Below are positions 8,080 to 16,444 of a stretch of DNA of 64,000 bases, one piece after another; the first letter of the stretch is position 1, and each line of letters opens with the position of its first letter. The stretch comes from an uncultured delta proteobacterium (lineage in GTDB: Bacteria > Myxococcota > UBA727 > VGSZ01): positions 608,001-672,000 of the forward strand of contig CAVZJB010000005.1 of assembly GCA_963775425.1 (NCBI GenBank). Direction: 5' to 3'. A program made the position numbers and the translations under genes. Below the pieces are notes generated by a model that worked only from the letters and a program-made list of their open reading frames with translations, was not told where the DNA came from and searched no databases.

Positions 8080-9519
8080 ATGAAGAAGCCTCTTTCCTCT
8101 CTCATTCTCGTCGTCGCCGTCCTCGCCACTCCGGCGCTCGCGCGTGCCGACAATCTCTGGCTCGAGCGCTCGTCCGCTGCGCCGCGGGTGCAGCTCCCGT
8201 CGCTCTCGCCGCTCGTGAAGGAGTCGGAGCCGGCGGTGCTGTCCATCTACGTCGAGAGCACCGTGCGTCCCGACGTCGACACGAACGACCCCCGGCTCGA
8301 CTTTTTCCGGCGCTTCGGCTTCAAGGTCCCTGACTTCAAGCAGCAAGGCCAGGGTACGGGGTTCATCATCTCGCCCCAGGGTTACGCGCTCACCAATCAC
8401 CACGTCGTCGAGAACGCCACCAAGATCCAGGTGCGCGTCGACGGCTCACCGCAGCTCCTGGGCGCGCACGTCGTCGGCGATGATCCGCGCACCGACGTGG
8501 CGCTCATCAAGATCGACAGCAGCCGCAAGGACTGGCCGGCGTTGCCGCTCGGCAACAGCGACATCCTTCAGGTGGGCGACTTCGTCGTCGCCATCGGCAA
8601 CCCCTTCGGCCTGTCGCAGTCGGTCTCCATGGGCATCGTCTCCGCCAAGGGGCGCCGCGACATCGCGCCCTCGGGGCGCCACGGGCTCTACGACTTCATC
8701 CAGACCGACGCGAGCATCAACCCGGGCAACTCGGGGGGGCCGCTGCTCAACGTCGCCGGTGAGGTCATCGGCATCAACTCGGCCATCAACGCCGCCGGGC
8801 AGGGCATCGGCTTCGCCATCCCCATCAACATGGTGAAGCAGGAGCTCCCGCAGCTCGAGAAGAGCGGCCACGTCGACCGCGCCTGGATCGGCGTCGCCAT
8901 CGAGGACGTCAACCCCACCGTCGCCAAGGGCCTCGGCCTCGATCACGCCCGCGGCGCGCTGGTGGCCTCCGTCGTCGACAAGAGCCCGGCGTACAAGGCC
9001 GGCCTCAAGCCGGGCGACGTCATCACCAAGTTCGACGGCAAGAAGATCGAGCGGGCGAGCAATCTCCCGCTCCTCGCCTCGAACGCGGGCATCGGCAAGT
9101 CCGTCATGGTCGAGCTCGTGCGGGACGGGGAGCTGCGCTCGGCGCGCGTCACGCTCGCCAAGATGCCGAACCAGGGTGAGGAGGCGGGCGCCGGCCCGGG
9201 GAGCTCGTCGCAGGGCGAAGAGCAGAACAACCCGGGCAAGATCGGCGTCAGGGTCGACACGCTCGACGACAACTACCGCCAGCGCCTGGATCTGCCGGGC
9301 AGCGTCCACGGCGCCATCATCATCGACGTCGACCAGAACGGCGTCGCGGCGCAGGCCGGGCTCGAGGCGGGCGACGTCGTCACCCAGGTGAACGGCGCCT
9401 CCGTCACCAGCGCTCGCGCCTTCGTGCGCCAGCTCGACAAGGTGAAGAGCGGTGGGCTCTTGAAGCTCATCGTCAACCGCCGCGGCACGCAGACGTTCGT
9501 GGCGTTCGTCAAGCCATAG
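8080..9519 (+). CDS. degP: Do/DegP/HtrA-family periplasmic serine protease with two PDZ domains
   Basis: Signal peptide. Triad TNHHVV / TDVA / INPGNSGGPL. Two PDZ domains (SPAYKAGLKPGDVI, AAQAGLEAGDVV). Confidence 0.92.
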   Translation: MKKPLSSLILVVAVLATPALARADNLWLERSSAAPRVQLPSLSPLVKESEPAVLSIYVESTVRPDVDTNDPRLDFFRRFGFKVPDFKQQGQGTGFIISPQGYALTNHHVVENATKIQVRVDGSPQLLGAHVVGDDPRTDVALIKIDSSRKDWPALPLGNSDILQVGDFVVAIGNPFGLSQSVSMGIVSAKGRRDIAPSGRHGLYDFIQTDASINPGNSGGPLLNVAGEVIGINSAINAAGQGIGFAIPINMVKQELPQLEKSGHVDRAWIGVAIEDVNPTVAKGLGLDHARGALVASVVDKSPAYKAGLKPGDVITKFDGKKIERASNLPLLASNAGIGKSVMVELVRDGELRSARVTLAKMPNQGEEAGAGPGSSSQGEEQNNPGKIGVRVDTLDDNYRQRLDLPGSVHGAIIIDVDQNGVAAQAGLEAGDVVTQVNGASVTSARAFVRQLDKVKSGGLLKLIVNRRGTQTFVAFVKP

Positions 9520-9654
9520 CCCGCTCTCGGTCATCGCGCCGATAAGCGCGCGCGGCGGTCGCCCTTCCGGCGTCGCCGTGCGCGCTTGTCGCATCAGGCG
9601 ATCGTGACCCGGCGCGCCCGTGCCCCCCGCCGATACCTTGGGGAGAGGTGGTCC

Positions 9655-11181
9655 ATGGCGGACGGGACGACGGTCGACAGCGCGAGCAACGCGGAGCGGC
9701 AGCGGCAGGTGGCGCAGGCGCAGGCCGCGCAGACGCAGCAGCAGCAGCAGGCGCAGGCGCCCGCCACGGACCCGGCCAAGCAGGCCGCGCAGCGCGACGA
9801 CACCGTGGCGGCGGCCGCCACCGCCAACGACGTGCAGGGTCAGCGCGGGCAGAAGCTCCTCGACGCCAAGCCCAAGGCGCCCGGCGCGCCCGCGCTCCCC
9901 GGCGGCGATCCCGTCACGCCCGCCGCCACCAGGCTCACCGCCGACCAGGAGAGGACCGCGGCGTCGTTGCGCGCGCGGTTCACCCAAAAGCCCGACGCCG
10001 CCGGCTTCAACACGTACGACATCAAGAACGACAAGATGCGGGCGCTGCGCGACGCCACCGACTACGCGTCGAAGATCACGGACCCCGGGCAGCGGGAGCG
10101 GTTCGTCGCGTCCATCGCGCCGCAGGCGGGCGCCGCCGCGGGCGACGTCAAGAACCCCGGCGCCATCGAGCAACTCAAGAGGCTCGGCGAGCTCGGCACC
10201 ACGCAGAGCGCGCAGACCATGGCCAGGGAGGCCGTGCGCACCGGCTTCTTCGAAAACACCGTCCCCTTCGCCGACGGAAAGACCAAGGTCGGGCAGGCGC
10301 TCGGGGACATCCGGCAGCGGTCCAACGACAAGCTCGCCGGCGTCGCCGGCGACGTCGCCAAGGCCGTGATCCCGTTCGTCGACGCGGGCAACAAGCTCGT
10401 GCACGGTGACGTGAAGGGCGCGGCGAAGAGCGCGGGCATCGACGCCGCGCTGCTGCTCGCCGGCGGCGTCATCGGCAAGGGCGTGAAGCTCGCTGCGCCC
10501 CTCATCAAGGACGGCGTGAAGGCGGGCCTCGACCTCCTGAGAGGCTCCGCGAGCACGGCGGAGCGCACGGTGGGGACCGAGGCGAAGGTCGTCGAGCAGC
10601 TCGCCAAGCCCACGGTGACGGCGCCGCCGACGGCGGAGACGCCGCCCGCCGGACGGGACCTGCTCCACGATCCCAAGCAGACCGAGCCCTTCAAGAACCA
10701 GAAGATCACCGACACGGGCATCCACGCGCAGGGCGGGCTCACGCGCGCCGAGGGCGAGGCGATCAACGGCTTTCGCGACAAGCTGAACGCGTACAACGAC
10801 AAGTTCGGCCTCAACCGCGACCTCCCGCCGACGGCGGGCAGCGCGCGCGACGCCGTGTCGAGCGCCAACCGCGGCAAGGACGGGCTCGCGCGGCTCAACG
10901 CGGAGATCCGCCGCACCGACGAGACCGTGAACAAGCACCTCACGCCCGATGACCTCGCCGGCCGCGCCAAGGAAGCGCGCGGCGTCAGCACCGGCTACGA
11001 CCACGTCAAAGAGACCCAGGACGCGTACCTGAACCTCAAGAGCTCCGTGGCGCGCATCGACAAGTACCTCGCCGATCACCCGAACCTGCCCGAGGCGCAG
11101 GCGCGCTACCTCCTCGAGCGCAGGAACGGCCACGCCGACCTGGCGAGGACGCTCGAGAACACGCTCGGCTTTTACGAGTAG
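9655..11181 (+). CDS. Putative polymorphic toxin with C-terminal Ntox28-like nuclease domain
   Basis: GAGGT RBS. Q/A-rich N-terminus. Gly-rich hydrophobic pre-toxin-like segment (IPFVDAG..GDVKGAAKSAGIDAALLLAGGVIGKG). C-terminal HLTPDDLAG..E.RG...GYDHVKETQDA. Confidence 0.6.
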   Translation: MADGTTVDSASNAERQRQVAQAQAAQTQQQQQAQAPATDPAKQAAQRDDTVAAAATANDVQGQRGQKLLDAKPKAPGAPALPGGDPVTPAATRLTADQERTAASLRARFTQKPDAAGFNTYDIKNDKMRALRDATDYASKITDPGQRERFVASIAPQAGAAAGDVKNPGAIEQLKRLGELGTTQSAQTMAREAVRTGFFENTVPFADGKTKVGQALGDIRQRSNDKLAGVAGDVAKAVIPFVDAGNKLVHGDVKGAAKSAGIDAALLLAGGVIGKGVKLAAPLIKDGVKAGLDLLRGSASTAERTVGTEAKVVEQLAKPTVTAPPTAETPPAGRDLLHDPKQTEPFKNQKITDTGIHAQGGLTRAEGEAINGFRDKLNAYNDKFGLNRDLPPTAGSARDAVSSANRGKDGLARLNAEIRRTDETVNKHLTPDDLAGRAKEARGVSTGYDHVKETQDAYLNLKSSVARIDKYLADHPNLPEAQARYLLERRNGHADLARTLENTLGFYE

Positions 11182-11243
11182 GGCGCGTCGGCGCAGGTGG
11201 ACACGACACGGCACGGACGCGAGCGGGACTGTAAGCTTGGCTC

Positions 11244-11894
11244 GTGTTCGAACAGCTCGCCGCCTTCGCCTTGTTCCGCCGCCTGCGCGTCGCCCGTGAC
11301 GTCGACCCCCGCGTCGTCGACGCCATGGAGCTCGTGCCGCGCCACGCCTTCGTCGACGAGACCGTCGGCGCCCGCGTCTACGCCGACACGCCGTTCCCCA
11401 TCGGGCACGGCCAGACCATCTCGCAGCCACGCATGCTCGCGCACATGCTCACCGCCGCCGCCGTGCAGCCCGGCGAGCGCGTGCTCGAGGTGGGCGCGGG
11501 CTCGGGCTACGCGGCGGCGGTGCTGTCGGTGCTCGCGCGCGAGGTGGTCGCCGTCGAGCGCATCTCGGCGCTGGCCGACAAGGCCCGCGAGCGCCTGGCG
11601 TCGTACGAGAACGTGCGCGTGCTCTCGGGAGACGCCATCGACGACGCCCTCGACGACGAGCTCGGCGGCCCCTTCGACGTGGTGTTCGTCTCCGCCGGCG
11701 CCGTCGACGTGCCCGAGGAGCTCGTGCGCCGCACCAGGAGCGGCGGGCGCATCATCATCCCGGTGGGCGAGCGCACGCCGCGCGGCTCCGTGGACGGCGA
11801 GCTGTGCCGGGTCACCGTCGTCGACGGTGAGATCGTGCGTCACGAGCAGATCATGCGCTGCAGCTTCGTGCCGCTGGTGTCACGAACGCGTTGA
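11244..11894 (+). CDS. pcm: Protein-L-isoaspartate O-methyltransferase
   Basis: VPRHAFV, YADTPFPIGHGQTISQP, VLEVGAGSGYAAA, PFDVV, FVPLV. Confidence 0.92.
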   Translation: MFEQLAAFALFRRLRVARDVDPRVVDAMELVPRHAFVDETVGARVYADTPFPIGHGQTISQPRMLAHMLTAAAVQPGERVLEVGAGSGYAAAVLSVLAREVVAVERISALADKARERLASYENVRVLSGDAIDDALDDELGGPFDVVFVSAGAVDVPEELVRRTRSGGRIIIPVGERTPRGSVDGELCRVTVVDGEIVRHEQIMRCSFVPLVSRTR

Positions 11895-13079
11895 GCGGTA
11901 CGCGGCCACGCCGCGCCCGAGGACCTCGATGCCGCGGCGGAGCACGGCCTCGTCGCGCACCGCGGCGAGGCGCACCTCGGTGCGGCCGCTCTGCGGCTCG
12001 GCGTAGAAGCCGCCGCCGGGGGCGACGACGACGCTCTCGGGCTCGCCCTTCGACGTGTCACGGAACCCGGAGACGAGGAAGCGCGCGAGCTTTTCGGTGT
12101 CGTCCACGGGCAAGCGGACCATGGTGTAGAAGGCGCCGGCCGGCCGATGGAAGGTGACGTCGGGGAGCGCCGAGAGCGCCTCCATCATGGCGTCGACGCG
12201 GCGCTTGTAGAGCGCGCGCACGCCCTCGACGTACGACGGCGGGAGCTGGAGCGCACGGATGGCGGCCCGCTGCGCGCGCGGCTGCGGCCCGAGGCGCGCC
12301 TGGCCGAGGCGCTCGACGCGCTCCATGAGCGCGGCGTTTCGCGAGATGAGGAAGCCGATGCGCAAACCACACGCCGAGAATGTCTTGGACGTGCTGTCGA
12401 CGACGACGACGTGGTCCCGGTGCTCGGCGAGCTCGAGCGCGGAGAACGGCGGGCGCTCGAACCAGATGGCGCGGTAGACCTCGTCGGAGATGATCCAGAC
12501 GCCGCGCTTCTTGGCCCACGCGGCCACGCGGCGCAGCGAGGCCTCGTCGTAGACGGCGCCGGTGGGGTTGCCGGGGTTGGAAAAGAGGATGGCGCGGGTG
12601 CGCGGGCCGGCGACGGCGTCGAGGGCTTCGTTCGACGGGAGCCCGAAGCCGTCTTCGAGGTGCGAGCGGACAGGGACGACCTTGACGCCCGCCGCCGTCG
12701 AGAAGCCGTTGTAGTTCGTGTAGTACGGCTCGGGGATGATGACCTCGTCGCCGGGGTCGCAGACGGCGACCATGGCGAAGAGGATGGCCTCGGAGCCGCC
12801 CTGCGTGACGACGACGTGCTCGGCGCCGAGGCCGGGGCTCGTGCGCGCGTGCCACTGGGCGGCGGCCGCGCGGCACGCGGGGAGGCCGGAGGCGGGGCCG
12901 TAGGCGAGCACGGGGCCGTCGTCGGCGGCGAAGGCGTCGAGGATCTCCCTGGGCGTGGGGACGTCGGGCTGGCCGATGTTGAGCCTGTGGAACGCGACGC
13001 CGGTCTGCTTGGCGACGTCGAGGTCGAGCTTGCGGATGGCCGACTCTTGCAGCGAGAGCGCGCGTCGCGACAGGTGCAT
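11880..13079 (-). CDS. PLP-dependent aminotransferase class I/II (aspartate aminotransferase-like)
   Basis: LNIGQPD, TQGGSEA, NPGNPTG, SDEVY, STSKTFSACGLRIG (PLP lysine). Confidence 0.92.
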   Translation of the reverse strand: MHLSRRALSLQESAIRKLDLDVAKQTGVAFHRLNIGQPDVPTPREILDAFAADDGPVLAYGPASGLPACRAAAAQWHARTSPGLGAEHVVVTQGGSEAILFAMVAVCDPGDEVIIPEPYYTNYNGFSTAAGVKVVPVRSHLEDGFGLPSNEALDAVAGPRTRAILFSNPGNPTGAVYDEASLRRVAAWAKKRGVWIISDEVYRAIWFERPPFSALELAEHRDHVVVVDSTSKTFSACGLRIGFLISRNAALMERVERLGQARLGPQPRAQRAAIRALQLPPSYVEGVRALYKRRVDAMMEALSALPDVTFHRPAGAFYTMVRLPVDDTEKLARFLVSGFRDTSKGEPESVVVAPGGGFYAEPQSGRTEVRLAAVRDEAVLRRGIEVLGRGVAAYRSTRS

Positions 13080-13185
13080 CGGCCCTGTTATCCGGCACGG
13101 CCAGACCCGTCGAGGCCCGGCCGTCGTCGTGGACCGCTGCCGTCGTCGTGGGGACGCCCCGTGGCGCGCGTGCTACGACGGCGCC

Positions 13186-14694
13186 ATGGGCACCGCCGCC
13201 GTCGCCGCCCTGTTCGCATGCGCGCTGCCGGCGTCCCACGCGGCCTGGTGGCGCGACGACGTCTTCTACGAGATCTACCCGCGCAGCTTCGCCGACAGCG
13301 ACGGCGACGGCACCGGCGACCTGCGCGGGATCATCGCGCACCTCGACGACCTGCGCGCCCTCGGCGTCGACGACGTCTGGCTCACGCCCATCCACCCGAC
13401 GCCGAGCGAGCACGGCTACGACGTCATCGACTACGAGGCCGTGGCCAAGGACCTCGGCACGCTCGCTGACGTCGACGCGCTCACGAAACAAGCGCACGCG
13501 CGCGGGATGCACGTCATCCTCGACTTCGTGCTGAACCACACCTCGGTGAAGCACCCGTGGTTCAAGGAGCACCCCGAGCGCTACGTGTGGCGCGACAAGC
13601 CCGACGACCGCTGGAGGCGTCCGTGGGACGGCGCGCCCGTCTGGCACGAGAAGGACGGCCGCGCCTACCTCGGGCTGTTCTGGAGCGGCATGCCGGACCT
13701 CGACCTCGAGGACCCCGGCGCCGTCGCCGCGATGCTGCACGCCATGCGTTTCTGGCGCGCCCACGGCGTCGACGGCTTCCGCATCGACGCCGCCCGCTAC
13801 CTCATCGAGGACGACCCGTGCGCCCGCCGCGCAGCGCTGCACGCGGCCGGTCCATGCACCGCCGCCGTGCAGATGGCGGACACGCCCGAGACCCACGCGC
13901 TCCTCGCGCGCCTGCGCCACGAGCTCGGCGACGACACCCTCCTCGTCGTCGAGGTTTGGGCGGACGACGGCGTCATCGCGCCCTACGCCCACGACGTGCA
14001 GCTCGCCTTTTCCTTCGGCACCGCCGGCGGCCTCGTCGACGCGCTCGAACAAGAGCAGCGCGCGCCGCTGGTGGAGGCGTTGCAGGCGGCGGAGGCGGCG
14101 TTCCCCGATCGCGGGTTCGAAGCGCCGTTCCTCACCAACCACGACATGGTCCGTGTGATGCGCGACCTCGCCGGTGACGTGTCGCGCGCGCGCCTCGGGG
14201 CCGCGGCGCTGATGGCGCTGCCGGGGACGCCGTTCGTCTACTACGGCGAAGAGGTCGGCATGCAGGGCGCCCCGCCGCGCCACCCCCACGACGACCACAG
14301 CCAGCGAACGGCGCTCGACTGGAAGGAGGTCGCCCGCGAGCGCGCCGCGCCCGCGTCGCTGTGGCACGCGTATTTCGACGTCATCGCGCTGCGACACGCG
14401 CACCCCGCGCTCACCGCCGGCGCCGCGCGAAGGCCGCGCACCACGGGCGGCGGCCGCGGGGCGTTCGCGCTCTTGCGCGACGGAGCCGGCGAGCGCGTGC
14501 TGTTCGTGGCGAACTTCGCGGGAGCGGCCACGGGCCCGTTCGACGTCGACGTGGCCGCGGGAGCGCCCGAGGCCCCGCACGCGCTCCTCGCGGAGGGCCT
14601 CGTCGCCGGCGGCGCGCGCGTCGGCCCCGGCGTCGTGCACATCGACGGCCTCGCCGCCCACGGCTTCGCCTTCCTGGCGCTCGCGCCTCGCTGA
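13186..14694 (+). CDS. GH13 alpha-amylase-family glycoside hydrolase
   Basis: FYEIYPRSFADSDGDGTGDLRG, HGYDV, DFVLNH. Catalytic DGFRIDAA, VEVW, NHD. PGTPFVYYGEEVG. Confidence 0.9.
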   Translation: MGTAAVAALFACALPASHAAWWRDDVFYEIYPRSFADSDGDGTGDLRGIIAHLDDLRALGVDDVWLTPIHPTPSEHGYDVIDYEAVAKDLGTLADVDALTKQAHARGMHVILDFVLNHTSVKHPWFKEHPERYVWRDKPDDRWRRPWDGAPVWHEKDGRAYLGLFWSGMPDLDLEDPGAVAAMLHAMRFWRAHGVDGFRIDAARYLIEDDPCARRAALHAAGPCTAAVQMADTPETHALLARLRHELGDDTLLVVEVWADDGVIAPYAHDVQLAFSFGTAGGLVDALEQEQRAPLVEALQAAEAAFPDRGFEAPFLTNHDMVRVMRDLAGDVSRARLGAAALMALPGTPFVYYGEEVGMQGAPPRHPHDDHSQRTALDWKEVARERAAPASLWHAYFDVIALRHAHPALTAGAARRPRTTGGGRGAFALLRDGAGERVLFVANFAGAATGPFDVDVAAGAPEAPHALLAEGLVAGGARVGPGVVHIDGLAAHGFAFLALAPR

Positions 14695-14823
14695 CCGCGA
14701 TTCGACAGCGGCGGACGCAGCCGCCGAAGTCGCTCCGAAGACGCTCGAACCTGTCAGGTGTCTGAAGGCGACTTCGGACGTTGCCGTCGCCGCCCGCGAG
14801 CGGAGCGAGCCGCGCGCAAGTGA

Positions 14824-14841
14824 GGTCGCCGACGGGCGACC
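14824..14841. terminator. Hairpin between convergent genes
   Basis: GGTCGCC-gacg-GGCGACC perfect 7-bp stem, 6 bp from the stop of the minus-strand small gene. Confidence 0.4.
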
Positions 14842-14847
14842 GAACAA

Positions 14848-15078
14848 TTACGTCTCGTCGGGCTCGGCCTTCTTCTCGGTGGCCGTCTTGTAGATGACCC
14901 AGAGCGCGGTGGAGGCCGGCAGCAGGATCACGAGACAGAAGGCGAGCACCGGGAAGAGGAAGTCGTAGTAGGTGGGCTCGGTGATGCGCTGGACGGCGCC
15001 TTGGTGCGCGGCGGCGGTGCCCTGGCTGGGGTCAACCTGCATTGCGACCTGGGTGAGCAGCGGAATGAGCGCGTACAT
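14848..15078 (-). CDS. Small single-TM membrane protein, hypothetical
   Basis: 76 aa with genome-typical codon use. Hydrophobic FLFPVLAFCLVILLPASTALWVIY. Directly follows the DUF1385 gene. Confidence 0.6.
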   Translation of the reverse strand: MYALIPLLTQVAMQVDPSQGTAAAHQGAVQRITEPTYYDFLFPVLAFCLVILLPASTALWVIYKTATEKKAEPDET

Positions 15079-15096
15079 GGCGTCTTCAGCCTACCT

Positions 15097-16131
15097 TCAC
15101 GCGACTTGTTTGGCGACCGCTTCGAAGTCCGGGAAAACCTCCACGGTCGAAGTGCCACGGATGGGGACGACGACGTCCCCCGACTCGCCGGCGACGCGCT
15201 CCCGCCAGACGGTCTTTCGAAGGGCGGCGAGGGCGACCTCGAGCTCGGGATCCCCGGGCTGCCGCGTGGTGAGGCGCTGCATGAGCATGCCGGGGGCGAT
15301 CAGGGCCCGCACGAAGGGGTTCTTCGGGTACCTGGCGGCGAGGCGTTGCGCCTCATAGGCCAGGCCGGCGATGGGCAGCATCAGGGGGATCTTGAGGAAG
15401 AGGACCGACACGTTCTGCACCAGCTCGTTGTCCGAGACGTGCACGAACGAGAGCACCGCGGCGAACACCACCGTGGACACGACGATCACGAGGAGGATCA
15501 GGCTGGTGCCGCAGCGCGGGTGCGCCGTGGACTTGCCGCGCGCGTGCTCGACGTTGAGGTCCTCGCCCGCCTCCCACACGTGGACGCTCTTGTGCTCGGC
15601 GCCGTGGTACATGAACAGCCGCTTCACCTGCTTCAGCGACGAGATGAGGCCGATGTAGCCGGCGAAGACGCCGAGCTTCACGACGCCGTCGATGATGTGA
15701 AACAGCGGGCTGGTGGTGGGCAGCGCGGTCTGGCCGTCGACGGAGAAGTACTTGCCGATGGAGTACGCCGAGAATTGCGGCACCACCTTGAAGATCAAGA
15801 AGGCGAAGGTGAGCGACACCAGCAGCGTGAGCGTGAGCCCCGCGTTGCCCTTCTTCACCTCTTCTTGCGCCTTCTTGTCGTCGGGGAACGCCGTGGCCGC
15901 GGACCAGTTCAACGCGAGCACGCCGTTGTACATGGACTCGATCAGCATGTTGGCCCCGCGGAGCAGGGGCCAGCGCAGGAACGGGAAGCGCTGGGCGAAG
16001 CTGAGCCACGCCTCCTCGCGGACGGCGATGGTGCCGTCGGGCTGGCGCACGGCCACCGAGAAGCTCTTCGGCGACCGCATCATCACGCCTTCGACGACGG
16101 CCTGGCCACCGATGACGGGGCGCGCGGCCAT
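15097..16131 (-). CDS. DUF1385 (YqhQ-like) membrane protein
   Basis: IGGQAVVEGVMMR, FMYHGAEHKSVH, HPRCGTS, QRLTTRQP. Usual neighbour of rpmE. Confidence 0.9.
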   Translation of the reverse strand: MAARPVIGGQAVVEGVMMRSPKSFSVAVRQPDGTIAVREEAWLSFAQRFPFLRWPLLRGANMLIESMYNGVLALNWSAATAFPDDKKAQEEVKKGNAGLTLTLLVSLTFAFLIFKVVPQFSAYSIGKYFSVDGQTALPTTSPLFHIIDGVVKLGVFAGYIGLISSLKQVKRLFMYHGAEHKSVHVWEAGEDLNVEHARGKSTAHPRCGTSLILLVIVVSTVVFAAVLSFVHVSDNELVQNVSVLFLKIPLMLPIAGLAYEAQRLAARYPKNPFVRALIAPGMLMQRLTTRQPGDPELEVALAALRKTVWRERVAGESGDVVVPIRGTSTVEVFPDFEAVAKQVA

Positions 16132-16154
16132 CGCCAACAGCGCCGTGGCGAGCC

Positions 16155-16364
16155 TCACTTCCGGCCGCCCGCCTTGTACTTGGACTTGAAGCGCTCGACG
16201 CGGCCTTCCTTGTCCATGATGCGGGCCTTGCCCGTGAAGAACGGGTGGCACGCCGAGCACACGTCGACGGCGTAGGACGTGCGCGTGCTGCGCGTGTCGT
16301 ACGTCGCGCCGCAGGCGCACGTGATGGTGGCGTTCTTGTAGACGGGGTGGATGTCGGCTTTCAT
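16155..16364 (-). CDS. rpmE: 50S ribosomal protein L31, zinc-binding type
   Basis: MKADIHPVY...TCACG...DVCSACHPFFTG..IMDKEGRVERF. Hidden at the end of track ORF 16155..17657. Confidence 0.96.
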   Translation of the reverse strand: MKADIHPVYKNATITCACGATYDTRSTRTSYAVDVCSACHPFFTGKARIMDKEGRVERFKSKYKAGGRK

Positions 16365-16384
16365 GGGAGTGTCCAGGAACGAAG

Positions 16385-16422
16385 AAAAACGTCGGGGCCC
16401 ATCCGTGTAGGGATGGGCCCCG
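16385..16422 (-). terminator. Intrinsic terminator of the MYXO-CTERM gene, overlapping the rpmE promoter
   Basis: Perfect 12-bp stem CGGGGCCCATCC/GGATGGGCCCCG followed on the minus strand by ACGTTTTT. TTGACG-N17-TACACG overlaps it at 16432-16404. Confidence 0.6.
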
Positions 16423-16444
16423 CCGTCGTCAACGCCCGATCTGC

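Noticed and set aside
11172-11843. Minus-strand ORF as a possible immunity gene for the Ntox28-like toxin
   Set aside because: It is the antisense shadow of pcm, and it is on the wrong strand for co-transcription.
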